Numbered from the stretch's first letter, positions 26,762-37,077 are shown. The stretch: DNA of 64,000 nucleotides from Bryobacterales bacterium (GCA_026713545.1 JAPOOG010000073.1:4184-68183); one strand, 5' to 3'. Numbers and translations are program-made. Notes: generated by a model not told the origin, from the sequence alone.

Positions 26762-28087
26762 TCAAGAAGGACGTCCCTGACCGGCAAACAGCCCCTTGAT
26801 CTCTTGTGCGCTCGATTCCCGCACCAGGAAGGCATAGGAAGCAGCGGCGATCCACAGTGAAACGGCAGCGAAGGCAATAGAGGAGGAGAAGTTTTTCGAT
26901 TCACCGACCAGAATACCGGTCAACACCGGCGCGCAGATGCCGGCGAGGTTGCTGATGGTGTTCTGGTAACCGATCGCCCGGCCGACGAAAGCCCGCGGCG
27001 AGATGGCCTGGGTGAGGGCCCAGTAGTTGGCGCTGGTCAGACCGATGCTCGCCAAGGAGAAGATGAGGATTGCCGAGGCGACCTGCGCGGACTCGGTCCA
27101 GATCAGCAGCAGAGTCGAGCTTCCGAGCAGGTATCCGCTGATGATGAAGATCTTGCGGACCAGGATGGGCCGCCCTGTCCGCCGGGACCAATGGTCGGCG
27201 AGGCGTGCGGCCGAGGGAGCCACCACGGCCATGGCGATGAACGGCAACGCCGTGTAGATCCCCATGTCGAGAAACGACATGTCCCGCTCCATGACCAGAT
27301 ACGCGGGAAGCCAGCTCATGACGAAATACCAGAAGTACGAATAGAAGAAAGCCGTGATCGTGATGCCCCAGACCGCCGGGTTGGAAAAGAGTTTACGCAG
27401 CGGAACCTTCGCGCCAGGCGGCCGGTCTTGTGACGTCAATTTCGCTCGCCCGGCCGGGGCCAGCAGGAGCCAGGGAATGAGCCAGACACACGGGACGAGA
27501 CCGGTCAGAACAAACAGTTCGCGCCAGCCCAACTCATCGAGGAGCGCTCCTCCGAGGAACCCTCCCACCGCGGGTCCGATCATCATTCCCAAGATGTAAA
27601 CGGCTGTTGGGAAACCCTGCTCCTCGTCGTCGAAGTTCGTGCGGATGTAGGTCAGGCTGACCGGTTGGACCGCCGCTTGGCCCAACCCGAGGATCAATCG
27701 GAACACGAGGATCTGGCTGAACGACCGGGCCAGCCCGATCGCCGCCGAGGACAACGACCAGATCAGGAAAGAGAACCCATAGGTCCACCGCAACCCAAAG
27801 CGGTCGACCGCCCAGCCCGACGGAATCTGCAGGAGCGTGTAGGTCCAGTAGAACGCCGACATCAGCGTTCCGGCGACCGCCGTCGAGAAGTCGAAGTCCT
27901 CCATCACCGGCACGGCGGCAACGCTCAGGTTGTTGCGGTCGACGTAGTTGACCAACGCCGCGAAGCACAACAGTCCTATGATCCACCAGCGCTTCTTGTT
28001 TGATTGCACGTCCGTTTTCAGGGATTCGGTGCGTGGTATAGGGTTAACCGGAGCATGACCCTTCGCCCGGCTGGGAGGACCCAGCAA
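26762..28087 (-). CDS. MFS transporter, anion:cation symporter (ACS) type (hexuronate / aldonate transporter-like)
   Basis: NYVDRNNLSVAAVPVM...YWTYTLLQIPSGWAVDRFG is the typical ACS-family N-terminus. The start may instead be the GTG at 28009 (MQSNKKRWW...). Confidence 0.85.
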   Translation of the reverse strand: MLGPPSRAKGHAPVNPIPRTESLKTDVQSNKKRWWIIGLLCFAALVNYVDRNNLSVAAVPVMEDFDFSTAVAGTLMSAFYWTYTLLQIPSGWAVDRFGLRWTYGFSFLIWSLSSAAIGLARSFSQILVFRLILGLGQAAVQPVSLTYIRTNFDDEEQGFPTAVYILGMMIGPAVGGFLGGALLDELGWRELFVLTGLVPCVWLIPWLLLAPAGRAKLTSQDRPPGAKVPLRKLFSNPAVWGITITAFFYSYFWYFVMSWLPAYLVMERDMSFLDMGIYTALPFIAMAVVAPSAARLADHWSRRTGRPILVRKIFIISGYLLGSSTLLLIWTESAQVASAILIFSLASIGLTSANYWALTQAISPRAFVGRAIGYQNTISNLAGICAPVLTGILVGESKNFSSSIAFAAVSLWIAAASYAFLVRESSAQEIKGLFAGQGRPS

Positions 28088-28238
28088 GATTCTTGACCCG
28101 TGTACGTCGGTATCGTACCATCAGGTGGCATTATTCGACCCCCGCCCGCAACAAACAGCGCCGGTATGCAATGCTTCCATGACGAGGACCGCCGCTCGCG
28201 GCTGAGACACAGGATCGGATTCGATTGAGGAGGCAATT

Positions 28239-29711
28239 GTGCTGCAAGCCGGTGTCGCACGGTCCAACATCACCCCCCCGATCGGCATGACCATGGTGGG
28301 CTACGCCGGCCGCGCCGGTGTAGCGCAAGGTAAGGACGCGGACCTGACCGCGACGGCTTTGGTGCTCGATAACGACGGGACGCGCGTAGCGGTGGTTGGG
28401 TTCGACCTGGCTTTCCTGCATGGAGAGATGCTCCAGGGGATCAAGAACGCGTTCAGCGAAGTTCTGCAGACGCCGGTATCGCACGTCTTGCTCAACTGCA
28501 ATCACACCCATTGCGGGCCGACCATGAAAGGTTATTTCTACGACGACGATCCCCGGCAACATCGCATGCGGGCGGTTTACGAAGCCCGCATCATCGAAGA
28601 GATGACAACTCTGGCTGCTGCCGCGCTGGAGAACCTTGGCGGAGCACGTCTCGCAACAGGGGCCGGGGAAGCGCGAATCGGCATCAACCGCAGAGAACTG
28701 GACGACGTCGGAGACATCATTCTGGGGGAGAACCCCGACGGTCCGGTGGACCATGAAGTGCGGGTCATCCGGGTCGACGATTTGAACGGCCGGCCCAAGG
28801 CGGTCGTCTTTGCGCACGGTTGTCACACGGTAACCATGGGTCCGAAATATCTGAAGTGGTCGCCCGACTATCCCGGGGTGGCGCGACAACTGATCGAGAG
28901 TGCTCTGGGCTGCCACAGCATCTTCCTGCAGGCCAATGCCGGCGACATCGACCCGATTACCGGCATCGGCGCCGATGAAGACAACTCCGATGCCAAAAAA
29001 CGGCTGGGGTTTACTCTTGGCAGCGAGGTGCTCAAGGTTTGCTCGTCTCTCTACACCGACACCGAGCGGGGACCTCGCATCATTTTCGGGATGTTGGCGA
29101 AGGCTTCCGCCTATCCGCGAGTCCCGATTGCTGAAGAGCCTCCATCTCCCATCGCCGCGAAGGAAATCGCCGTCGAGCTGCCGCTGATGGAGTATCCGAC
29201 GCTGGAGTACGCAAGAGAGATGCACAACAAGTGCGTCACCGAACTGGAGGAGGCCAAGACGAGCGGAGCGGACCAGGTGAAGCGCAACGTCGCTCAGCGC
29301 TACGTATACTGCGCACGCGCTCTGCTCGACCGGGTAGAAAACAACCGCAAGCGCGCCCTGGACGGAACCATCCAGGTGATCACGATCGGCGACTTGGCCA
29401 TCGCCGCCTTCCCGGGTGAGACCTTCGCGGCATCGGGGATGGAGGTGAAGCGCCGCTCGCCCTTCCCCCACACCCTGTTCTGCGGATATAGCAACGGTTG
29501 CCTGACGTATATCCCGACGAAGGACGCTTATCCCGAGAAAGGGTGGTCCTTCTTCCGGCGCTATCACATCCCGGACATGCTGTTCCTGCAGTCCTACGCC
29601 GTCGGTTCGGCCCTCGTGCCGGGGACCGCTGAAATGATCGTGGACAAGACGGTCGGCCTGCTCGAAGAAATGTGGAACGAGAGGGTCAAGGTTCAAGCCG
29701 CGGCCTCGTAG
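28239..29711 (+). CDS. Neutral/alkaline ceramidase-like N-terminal-domain hydrolase (function uncertain)
   Basis: 490 aa. ITPPIGMTMVGY...A(L/V)VLDN...NCNHTHCGP resembles the neutral ceramidase family. GAGGAGG lies 6 nt upstream of GTG 28239. Confidence 0.6.
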   Translation: MLQAGVARSNITPPIGMTMVGYAGRAGVAQGKDADLTATALVLDNDGTRVAVVGFDLAFLHGEMLQGIKNAFSEVLQTPVSHVLLNCNHTHCGPTMKGYFYDDDPRQHRMRAVYEARIIEEMTTLAAAALENLGGARLATGAGEARIGINRRELDDVGDIILGENPDGPVDHEVRVIRVDDLNGRPKAVVFAHGCHTVTMGPKYLKWSPDYPGVARQLIESALGCHSIFLQANAGDIDPITGIGADEDNSDAKKRLGFTLGSEVLKVCSSLYTDTERGPRIIFGMLAKASAYPRVPIAEEPPSPIAAKEIAVELPLMEYPTLEYAREMHNKCVTELEEAKTSGADQVKRNVAQRYVYCARALLDRVENNRKRALDGTIQVITIGDLAIAAFPGETFAASGMEVKRRSPFPHTLFCGYSNGCLTYIPTKDAYPEKGWSFFRRYHIPDMLFLQSYAVGSALVPGTAEMIVDKTVGLLEEMWNERVKVQAAAS

Positions 29712-29762
29712 ACGAAGCCGGCGCGCCGCGCCGCACCCATCCGAACGAACAGAACTCAATCG

Positions 29763-30053
29763 ATGCGTGCAGCCTACATTCTCATGGTCCAACCGGACAA
29801 AACCGAGCAGTACCGGCGGGCTCACCAGGAGGTTTGGCCGGAGCTCATTCAGGCGGCCAGCAGGGCTGGGATCCGCAACCACAGCGTGTTCATGCATGGG
29901 CGCACGTTGTTCGTCTACGTTGAGGCGGACGACATCGAGCAGGCGACCCGGGAGTTGCTTGCGCAGCCGGTCAAGAAGCGCTGGGATGCCTACATGAGCG
30001 ATCTTCTCGAGCCCGGCAGTGTGCCTCTCGAAGAAGTCTTCCACATGGAGTGA
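29763..30053 (+). CDS. rhaM: L-rhamnose mutarotase (RhaM/YiiL family)
   Basis: 96-aa ORF with Y..H..VWPE...AG(I)RN(H/Y)S(V/I)F and the size typical of RhaM. Confidence 0.8.
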   Translation: MRAAYILMVQPDKTEQYRRAHQEVWPELIQAASRAGIRNHSVFMHGRTLFVYVEADDIEQATRELLAQPVKKRWDAYMSDLLEPGSVPLEEVFHME

Positions 30054-30236
30054 TCCCGCCTTTTCCCGAACGGAGCACCATCGCCTTTGCCGGGCCATCG
30101 CGGCGGCAGGGCAGCCTCGCACATCGATGCGGCTAGTGTTTGGCAGCCAGAAGTTTTGATTCAGGAAACATCGGTGTTAAGATTGTCTCAGCCGACGCAC
30201 AAACCGGAACGTATTGGACCATCGAGAGGGAGCGTA

Positions 30237-33200
30237 GTGTCACTGCGCAAGAGAGTTTCGCTCGCCGTCGTCCTGGGGCTCCTCCCCTGGGCCTCCGGGT
30301 CCATCCATGCGGCGGAAGGAGATGACAAAGGGCTCAGTCCCGCCGCGCTGGAATTCTTTGAAAGTAAGATTCGTCCCGCCTTGGTCGAGAATTGTACGGT
30401 CTGCCACAGCGGGGAACGGCCGCAGGGGAACTTGCGGCTCGATTACCGCGGCGGTTGGCAGCAGGGGGGCATGTCTGGGCCGGCGATCATACCCGGCAAT
30501 GTCGACCTGAGCCCTCTGATTCGAGCCATCCGGCATGAGGGCTCCGCGGCGCCGATGCCGCTGGGGGGCAAGAAACTGGCTCCCGCAGTGATTGCGTCGT
30601 TCGAGCGTTGGGTAAGCATGGGGGCGCCCGATCCGCGCGATGCGCCCTCGGCAGCGCCGGTCGTCGAGAAGTCGTGGGAGGAGACGTTCCGCGAGCGGAG
30701 CCGCTGGTGGAGTCTGCAACCCGTTGTACGGCCGCCGATTCCCGGCGTCGAGCAGGAACAGTGGTCGGATCAAGCCATCGACCGTTTCATCCTCGCGAAG
30801 CTTGAAGAGAACGGCCTCGGGCCCGCGCCGCGAGCCGGCCGCGCCGCCCTTCTGCGCCGGTTGAGCTTTGTCCTGACGGGCCTGCCGCCCAAACCCGAGG
30901 ATGTCAGCGTCTTTCTCCGCGATCCGAACTCCGGCGCGTACGCCGACGCAGTTGATCGCTTGTTGTCTTCTCCCCACTTCGGCGAACGCTGGGCGCGGCA
31001 TTGGATGGACGTTGTACGTTACACCGACACCTACGGTTATGAATGGGACGTCCCCGCAAAAGGATCGTGGCGCTACAGGGACTACCTGATCAGGGCCTTC
31101 AACGCTGACATCCCCTTCGACCAGCTCTTGCGCGAGCAGATCGCCGGCGACCTTCTGCCCCATCCTCGAATCAACAACTCCGAGCAGATCAACGAGTCGC
31201 TCATCGGGCCGATGTTTTTCCAGATGGGCGAAAAACGCCACGGGGACAGCGTGGCCTTCAACGGCATCTATCAGGAGATGCTGGACAACAAGATCGACGC
31301 CTTTTCGAAGGCGTTTCAGGCGATGACGGTAGCCTGTGCGCGTTGCCATGACCACAAACTGGACGCCATTTCTCAGGAAGATTACTACGCGCTGGGCGGC
31401 GTGTTCCTGAGTTCGCGCTGGCTGGTTAATACGGTGGACACGCTCGAGCGCAACAGGGCGGTTCTCGACGAGCTTTCGGCGCTGAAGGCCAAACTCCGTA
31501 CCCCTCTGGCGGCCTGGTGGTTGGAGGAAGCGCGGCACATCCCCCTGTATCTTCGAGCTGCTCAGGCCCGCATCGACGGCGACGGCTATGCAGGGAAACT
31601 AGCCAACGGGCTCGACCCGTCACGCCTCACCGCCTGGGAAAAGGCGCTCAAATTCGAACCGGAAGAAAATCCTGAAGAAGCTGAGAAACAGTCCTCTGAA
31701 GATGAAGAGTCGCCTCAAGCGGACGAGAAAGCGGCTCAGGAACAGAGACCTTCTCTGGAAGATCCACTGTTTCCCTGGTTCGAACTCCATCAATCAGTGG
31801 TCAAGGAGGGTGGGAGCGTCAAAAGTAGCTGGGCGGGGTTGGCCGAGCATTATGCCGGCGCTCTTCAAGAGCGCTCCCGAAGCAATGCAGAGGAGTTCTC
31901 TCTCCTTGCGGATTTCCGTAGCGGCGTCCCAGAGGGCTGGTCGCTGGATGGCGTCGGGCTGCGCGATGGTCCGGTATCGAACGGAGACTTCACGGTGGCG
32001 CTCGAAGGCCAACAGGCGGTGGGCATGCTACTGCCCGCAGGGTTGTTTACTCACTCGCTCTCACCGCGGCTCAATGGCGCTATCCGTAGCCCCTATCTCA
32101 ACTTTTACAGCCAACCTCATGTAAGCCTGGAGGTAAGCGGCGGAGACTACAGCACGCGCCGGCTGTTGGCGGACAACGCGTTCTTGACAGAGCGGGAGTA
32201 TGCCTACCTGGAGGAAGACAAGCTGCATTGGGCGTGTCATACCACCACCGGGACCGATAAGACTGCTCGGGCTCGAACTCCGCTTGAGATGGAGCAGGTA
32301 CGAACCTTCGTCGAGTTCACTACCAAAGCTTCGAATCCGTACTTCCCGCCGCGCGTCGGCCTCGCAGGGTGCACCAAGGAAAAGGTGCGAGAGAACAGTT
32401 GCGGCGCGGACGACCCGAGCAGTTGGTTCGGCATCACCCGCGCCTACTTGGTAAATCAAGGCGAAGTCACGGATTCCGTGAAACCCGGAACATGCCTTGC
32501 CTCCCCCGCCGACGAGTTGGAGCGGTTCAGCTCATTCTTCGAAGGGGAACCCCCAACCGATCTTCCGGCTCTGGCGGCTCGATACGGACAATGGCTGACC
32601 GCCTCTCTGGAAGCCTGGGCCCAGGATCGAGCGGATGAAGACGATGTCCGGTTGATCAACTGGATGCTCGACAACAGGCTGCTGCCCAACAAGATGGACG
32701 CCCGTGAATCCATCCGCGAGTTGGTCGCTTCCTATCGCAGTCTCGAACAGCAACTGGCCGAGCCGCAGACGGTCAACGGCATGGCCGATCTCGAACCCGG
32801 ACGCGACTACCGACTCAACATCCGCGGCGTCTACGAAGACTTGGGTGATCCTGTGCCGCGGGGATACGTCGAGGTCATCGCCGGTCCCCGTGAAAAAACC
32901 CCGCGCCCGGAGCGCAGTGGACGCCTGGAGTTGGCCGAGCTGATCGCAAGTCCGAAGAACCCCTTGACGGCCCGTGTTTTCGTCAATCGCGTCTGGCACT
33001 GGGTATTCGGAACCGGCATCGTCAAGACGGCCAGCGATTTCGGACATCTGGGCGACAGGCCGTCTCACCCCGAGTTGCTCGACTATCTCGCCGACCGGTT
33101 TGTCAAGGAAGGCTGGTCGGTGAAGAAGCTTGTGCGGATGATGGTGATGAGCGAAACGTTCCGCCAGGCAAGTCGGGTCAGCCCCGTTGCCCGGGAGGTA

Positions 33201-33812
33201 GACCCTCTCAATCGGCTGCTTCACCACTATCCCCTGCGGCGCCTGGATGCCGAAGCCATCCGCGACTCGCTGCTGGCCGTTTCCGGAAGGCTGGACTCGC
33301 GGCTGTTCGGCCGCCCGATCAATCCCTACCGGACAAACGAAGATGCGGCCAAGTGGCTTCTCTCGGGGCCGCTCGACGGTCAGGGCCGCCGCTCGATCTA
33401 TCTCAAGATGACCATCATGGAACCGCCCAGGTTCCTCAGCACTTTCAACCAACCCAATCCGAAGATCCCGACCGGCGTCCGCGACGTCACCAACGTTCCG
33501 GGGCAGGCGCTGACCCTTCTCAACGACCCGTTTGCCGTTGGGCAGGCTGAGTTCTGGGCGCGGCGGTTGATCGCCTTAAAGCACGAATCGCCGGAGCAGC
33601 GGCTTGGAGTGATGTTTCAGCGCGCCTTCGGCCGTAACCCCAACGAACAGGAACGAGAGCGGTGGATGAGCGCTGTTCACGACATCGCCGGTCTGTATCA
33701 GGATGTTCCCGATAAGAGGCCGCCGCCAAGCGGCCTGATGGATTCGCTTGACGTTTGGAAAGACGTGGCGCACGCGATGTTCAACACCAAGGAGTTTCTC
33801 TATGTTCGCTAA
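30237..33812 (+). CDS. PSCyt / DUF1549 / DUF1553 (PSD1) domain protein
   Basis: CxxCH-like CTVCHSGERPQGNLRL near the N-terminus, central CARCHDHKLD and a C-terminal KEFLYVR end. GTG 30237 gives the signal peptide MSLRKRVSLAVVLGLLPWASGSIHA. The ORF-track start at 30087 is probably over-extended. Confidence 0.85.
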   Translation: MSLRKRVSLAVVLGLLPWASGSIHAAEGDDKGLSPAALEFFESKIRPALVENCTVCHSGERPQGNLRLDYRGGWQQGGMSGPAIIPGNVDLSPLIRAIRHEGSAAPMPLGGKKLAPAVIASFERWVSMGAPDPRDAPSAAPVVEKSWEETFRERSRWWSLQPVVRPPIPGVEQEQWSDQAIDRFILAKLEENGLGPAPRAGRAALLRRLSFVLTGLPPKPEDVSVFLRDPNSGAYADAVDRLLSSPHFGERWARHWMDVVRYTDTYGYEWDVPAKGSWRYRDYLIRAFNADIPFDQLLREQIAGDLLPHPRINNSEQINESLIGPMFFQMGEKRHGDSVAFNGIYQEMLDNKIDAFSKAFQAMTVACARCHDHKLDAISQEDYYALGGVFLSSRWLVNTVDTLERNRAVLDELSALKAKLRTPLAAWWLEEARHIPLYLRAAQARIDGDGYAGKLANGLDPSRLTAWEKALKFEPEENPEEAEKQSSEDEESPQADEKAAQEQRPSLEDPLFPWFELHQSVVKEGGSVKSSWAGLAEHYAGALQERSRSNAEEFSLLADFRSGVPEGWSLDGVGLRDGPVSNGDFTVALEGQQAVGMLLPAGLFTHSLSPRLNGAIRSPYLNFYSQPHVSLEVSGGDYSTRRLLADNAFLTEREYAYLEEDKLHWACHTTTGTDKTARARTPLEMEQVRTFVEFTTKASNPYFPPRVGLAGCTKEKVRENSCGADDPSSWFGITRAYLVNQGEVTDSVKPGTCLASPADELERFSSFFEGEPPTDLPALAARYGQWLTASLEAWAQDRADEDDVRLINWMLDNRLLPNKMDARESIRELVASYRSLEQQLAEPQTVNGMADLEPGRDYRLNIRGVYEDLGDPVPRGYVEVIAGPREKTPRPERSGRLELAELIASPKNPLTARVFVNRVWHWVFGTGIVKTASDFGHLGDRPSHPELLDYLADRFVKEGWSVKKLVRMMVMSETFRQASRVSPVAREVDPLNRLLHHYPLRRLDAEAIRDSLLAVSGRLDSRLFGRPINPYRTNEDAAKWLLSGPLDGQGRRSIYLKMTIMEPPRFLSTFNQPNPKIPTGVRDVTNVPGQALTLLNDPFAVGQAEFWARRLIALKHESPEQRLGVMFQRAFGRNPNEQERERWMSAVHDIAGLYQDVPDKRPPPSGLMDSLDVWKDVAHAMFNTKEFLYVR

Positions 33813-35232
33813 CGGATCTGCGGTCCGACGGACCATGACACGCCGCGAGTGGCTGAGCGCAGCATCCAATGGCTTCGGCATGCTGGCGTTGTCGAGTCTA
33901 TTGGCCGAAGAAACCAAACTGGAAGGCTCCTTGGTCAAGTCGGGAGGCGATTCCCCGGCCAAGGCAAAGAGCGTCATTTTCTGCTTCATGGACGGTGGTC
34001 CGAGCCATGTCGACACGTTCGATCCGAAGCCGATGTTGAAAGAACGCCAGGGCGAAGCGATCGGCGCATCGGCCGTCTCGACCAAATCGCAGTCCACGGC
34101 CGATCGGGTCTGGCTGGGCAGTCCCTGGCAGTTCCGGCAACGCGGCCAGAGCGGGCTGTGGGTCAGCGAGTTGCTGCCGCGTATTGCCGAAGTCGCCGAT
34201 GACCTCTGTGTTCTGCGCTCCCTGGTCGGCCGGCAACCCCTGCACGGCCAACAGAATCTGCTGCTGCACACGGGCCGCGTTACCGGCATGGCCCCGAGCT
34301 TCGGATCGTGGGTGTCCTATGGCTTAGGCACCGAACGGGACAACCTGCCCAATTACGTCCTGCTCAACAACGACTGGATTCCCAACGGAGGCTTTGAAAA
34401 CTTTGGCAGCGCATTCCTGCCAGCGTCTCACGCGGCCACGATGCTGCGGGCCAAGGGCGTGGCGATGGATAACATCACGCCGTCCGATCTCCCCGCCATC
34501 CAGCGGCGCAAGCTCGACCTGCTGCGCGAACAGGACAGCACGTTCGCTGCCGAGACAGCGGAGGATTCCATCGAGTCAGCCATCAAGAACTACGAGACCG
34601 CGTTTCGTTTGCAGACCACGATTCCCGAACTGGCCGACATCAGCGGCGAGTCGATCGCGACCCGCCGCATGTATGGCCTGGAAACCTCCAATGACTACAA
34701 GAAGCATTACGGCCTCCAATGCCTCCGCGCCCGGCGTCTTGTCGAGGCCGGCGTGCGATTCGTCGAGATCACCTGTCCGCTCACCCATCCCAACAATTCG
34801 CCGTGGGATCAGCACAGCAATCTGAAGAAGTATCACGAAGAGAACGCCATGATCACCGAACAGTCGGTGGCCGCCTTGATCCGGGATTTGAAGCAGCGCG
34901 GCCTGCTCGACACCACCATCGTCGTCTGGGCGGGCGAGATGGGCCGCACTCCGCATACGCCGAAGATCAAAGAGGGTGTGGGCCGCGACCATCATGTCAA
35001 CGGCTACTCCATCTTCTTGGCAGGAGGCGGCTTCAAGAAGGGGATGACCTACGGGGCCACCGACGAGTTCGGAAACTCGGTCGTCGAGCACCCGATCTCG
35101 ATCCACGACGTCCACGCCACCATCCTCCGTCAACTCGGGCTGGACCACCAGAAGCTCACCTTCCGCTTCGGTGGCCGCGACGTCAGCCTGACCGACGTAC
35201 ACGGGAATGTCCTCAACGACGTCCTGGTGTGA
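33802..35232 (+). CDS. DUF1501 protein (sulfatase / alkaline-phosphatase-superfamily-like), Tat signal
   Basis: MFANGSAVRRTMTRREWLSAASNGFGMLAL, then FCFMDGGPSHVDTFDPKP and a C-terminal GRDHH motif. ATG 33802 overlaps the upstream gene by 11 nt. Confidence 0.85.
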   Translation: MFANGSAVRRTMTRREWLSAASNGFGMLALSSLLAEETKLEGSLVKSGGDSPAKAKSVIFCFMDGGPSHVDTFDPKPMLKERQGEAIGASAVSTKSQSTADRVWLGSPWQFRQRGQSGLWVSELLPRIAEVADDLCVLRSLVGRQPLHGQQNLLLHTGRVTGMAPSFGSWVSYGLGTERDNLPNYVLLNNDWIPNGGFENFGSAFLPASHAATMLRAKGVAMDNITPSDLPAIQRRKLDLLREQDSTFAAETAEDSIESAIKNYETAFRLQTTIPELADISGESIATRRMYGLETSNDYKKHYGLQCLRARRLVEAGVRFVEITCPLTHPNNSPWDQHSNLKKYHEENAMITEQSVAALIRDLKQRGLLDTTIVVWAGEMGRTPHTPKIKEGVGRDHHVNGYSIFLAGGGFKKGMTYGATDEFGNSVVEHPISIHDVHATILRQLGLDHQKLTFRFGGRDVSLTDVHGNVLNDVLV

Positions 35233-35320
35233 TCATCCCCTGCCGCGACATCCCGCAGGCCGGTCTTCGTCACTGGGACAGGATCGGATTACGTGCGCTG
35301 TTCGCGCTGAGAACCTGTTT

Positions 35321-36874
35321 CTAGACATTCAAGGCCCAGAGCCAGAATGAATAGTACACAAGCACTATTCCCAGGATCAAAGCGATAGCGAGATACGGAT
35401 TGAGACGAACCCTCTCCTCCGCTTCCTCCGCGTCGACCTCAAGGGAATCCTCGCCGTCATTTTTCCTGCATTCCAAACGGGACCCGATGATCAGAGCAGC
35501 AATGTTGACCGACAAGCCCACATAGATCGGGTCCAAGGTCCACAAGACCACGACATCGGCGCTGGACCCGCCGGTCGCAAGAAACGTGATGACCGTAGAG
35601 GCCATTCCGAGAATCATGGCCCACAGAATCGTTGCAGGCGCCTTTCTGAGGGGCCGGTACAGGAACAAGCCGGCGATGACCGGCCCTACGCCGGCGACCA
35701 TGATGCGGGTGCCTACCCACAGCAGCTCGAGCATGATGGGGAACACGAAGGCGAAAACGATGCCGACCACAAGCGCCAGCAGAACGGCCGCTCGCGACGC
35801 AAGCAGTGACGTCCGGGCGCTGGCTGCGGGGTTGAAGAACCGCCGGTAGATATCCACCACGAAGTTCGAGCTGACCGACATCAAGACGCTGTCGAGGGTC
35901 GACATGACCGCTCCGAGCAGAACCACCACGAGCAGCGCGTACACAATCGGCGGGTACTCCCGGCTCGCCAAGAGCAGGAAAACGTCAGAGGCGTTTTCTC
36001 CCGATCCATAGTGGGCATAGCCCAGCATGCCCAGTAGAGGAAGACAGACATACCAGAGCAGACCCAACAGACCGCCGATGAGAAATCCGGCCTGCGCTTC
36101 CTTGGCGCTCTTGGCGCTGAGGCCGCGTTGAATCAGAGCCTGGTAGGGCAGCGCCTGGAAAACACCCATGACAAGCCAGGCCATCAGATTCGGCCAGGGG
36201 TAACCGCCGGCAGCGGCCTTGTGGTGCGCGGCGAGCTGCGAGGCCAAGACATGCCATCCTCCCAGGGCATGCACGCCGATTACGAGCATCAGGACCGTCA
36301 GGCTGACGATGATGATGTTTTGCAGAAGGTCGGTGAGGATGACAGCTCGCTGCCCTCCCAGGAGCAAATAGAGGACGGTAATGCCTGCTCCAACCGTGAC
36401 CCCTTCTGTATACGACAGAGGTGTTACGTAGCTGATGCTCACTCCGATGGATACGAGCGACGACCCGACGTAAGCAAGCTCCCGCGCCCATACAGCCAGC
36501 AACGCCACGATGCGGTGTCGAGGCCCGAACCACGTCTCCAGAACCTGCGGGACCGTCAGTAGTTCATGCTTTCGCATGTAGGGAATGACATAGATACCTG
36601 CCCAGAGACCACTGGCGAGCGAGGCCCCGGAACCAAAAAAATAGATGGCCAGGCCGTTCGTATAGCCCATGGCGGGAAAGGCGAGGATCGTCGTCCCAGA
36701 AACCCAGGTTGCTACGATCGAGAGACCGATCTGCCAGCGATTCATCGACCGCCCGGCAACAACGAAGTCCGCCAGGTTGTTCACTTTCCTTCGGGAGAAC
36801 CAGCCGATCGCCAGCAGGAACAGGATGTAGAGGGTGACAACGGCCAGCCCGTGCGTTCCGAGATTGTGTTGCAT
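35321..36874 (-). CDS. Sodium:solute symporter (SSS) family transporter
   Basis: 517-aa polytopic protein with DFVVAGRSMNRWQIGLSIVATWVSG. Confidence 0.85.
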   Translation of the reverse strand: MQHNLGTHGLAVVTLYILFLLAIGWFSRRKVNNLADFVVAGRSMNRWQIGLSIVATWVSGTTILAFPAMGYTNGLAIYFFGSGASLASGLWAGIYVIPYMRKHELLTVPQVLETWFGPRHRIVALLAVWARELAYVGSSLVSIGVSISYVTPLSYTEGVTVGAGITVLYLLLGGQRAVILTDLLQNIIIVSLTVLMLVIGVHALGGWHVLASQLAAHHKAAAGGYPWPNLMAWLVMGVFQALPYQALIQRGLSAKSAKEAQAGFLIGGLLGLLWYVCLPLLGMLGYAHYGSGENASDVFLLLASREYPPIVYALLVVVLLGAVMSTLDSVLMSVSSNFVVDIYRRFFNPAASARTSLLASRAAVLLALVVGIVFAFVFPIMLELLWVGTRIMVAGVGPVIAGLFLYRPLRKAPATILWAMILGMASTVITFLATGGSSADVVVLWTLDPIYVGLSVNIAALIIGSRLECRKNDGEDSLEVDAEEAEERVRLNPYLAIALILGIVLVYYSFWLWALNV

Positions 36875-37000
36875 GAGGCAGTGAAGCTCGCTCCTCGCGG
36901 ACGAGGAAGTCGGGCGGTCCGTGGGTCAGGGCGAGGGTATCGAACGTGTATCGGGCAGTCAAGGCAACCCGGGGTTGCTCCCGCAGAGCGATTCCGTTCA

Positions 37001-37030
37001 TTGACGAGGCGGCAGAGGCTCGCCTATGAT
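37001..37030 (+). promoter_or_regulatory. Candidate sigma70-type promoter (TTGACG-18 nt-TATGAT) for the hyuA operon, followed by a CCGAAA-GGCT-TTTCGG hairpin at 37041-37056
   Basis: Hexamers, spacing and the perfect 6-bp hairpin were read from the sequence. Confidence 0.45.
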
Positions 37031-37077
37031 CTTTGGGCTACCGAAAGGCTTTTCGGAATGTTGAAATCGGAACACTC

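Noticed and set aside
28131-30122. 663-aa minus-strand ORF
   Set aside because: It lies antisense to the ceramidase-like gene and rhaM, both of which carry recognisable family motifs and SD sequences. It has shadow-ORF composition.
32328-32338. tRNA-like T-arm motif GCTTCGAATCC
   Set aside because: It lies in frame inside the DUF1553-family CDS with no surrounding cloverleaf. I saw no tRNA, rRNA or tmRNA anywhere in the window.
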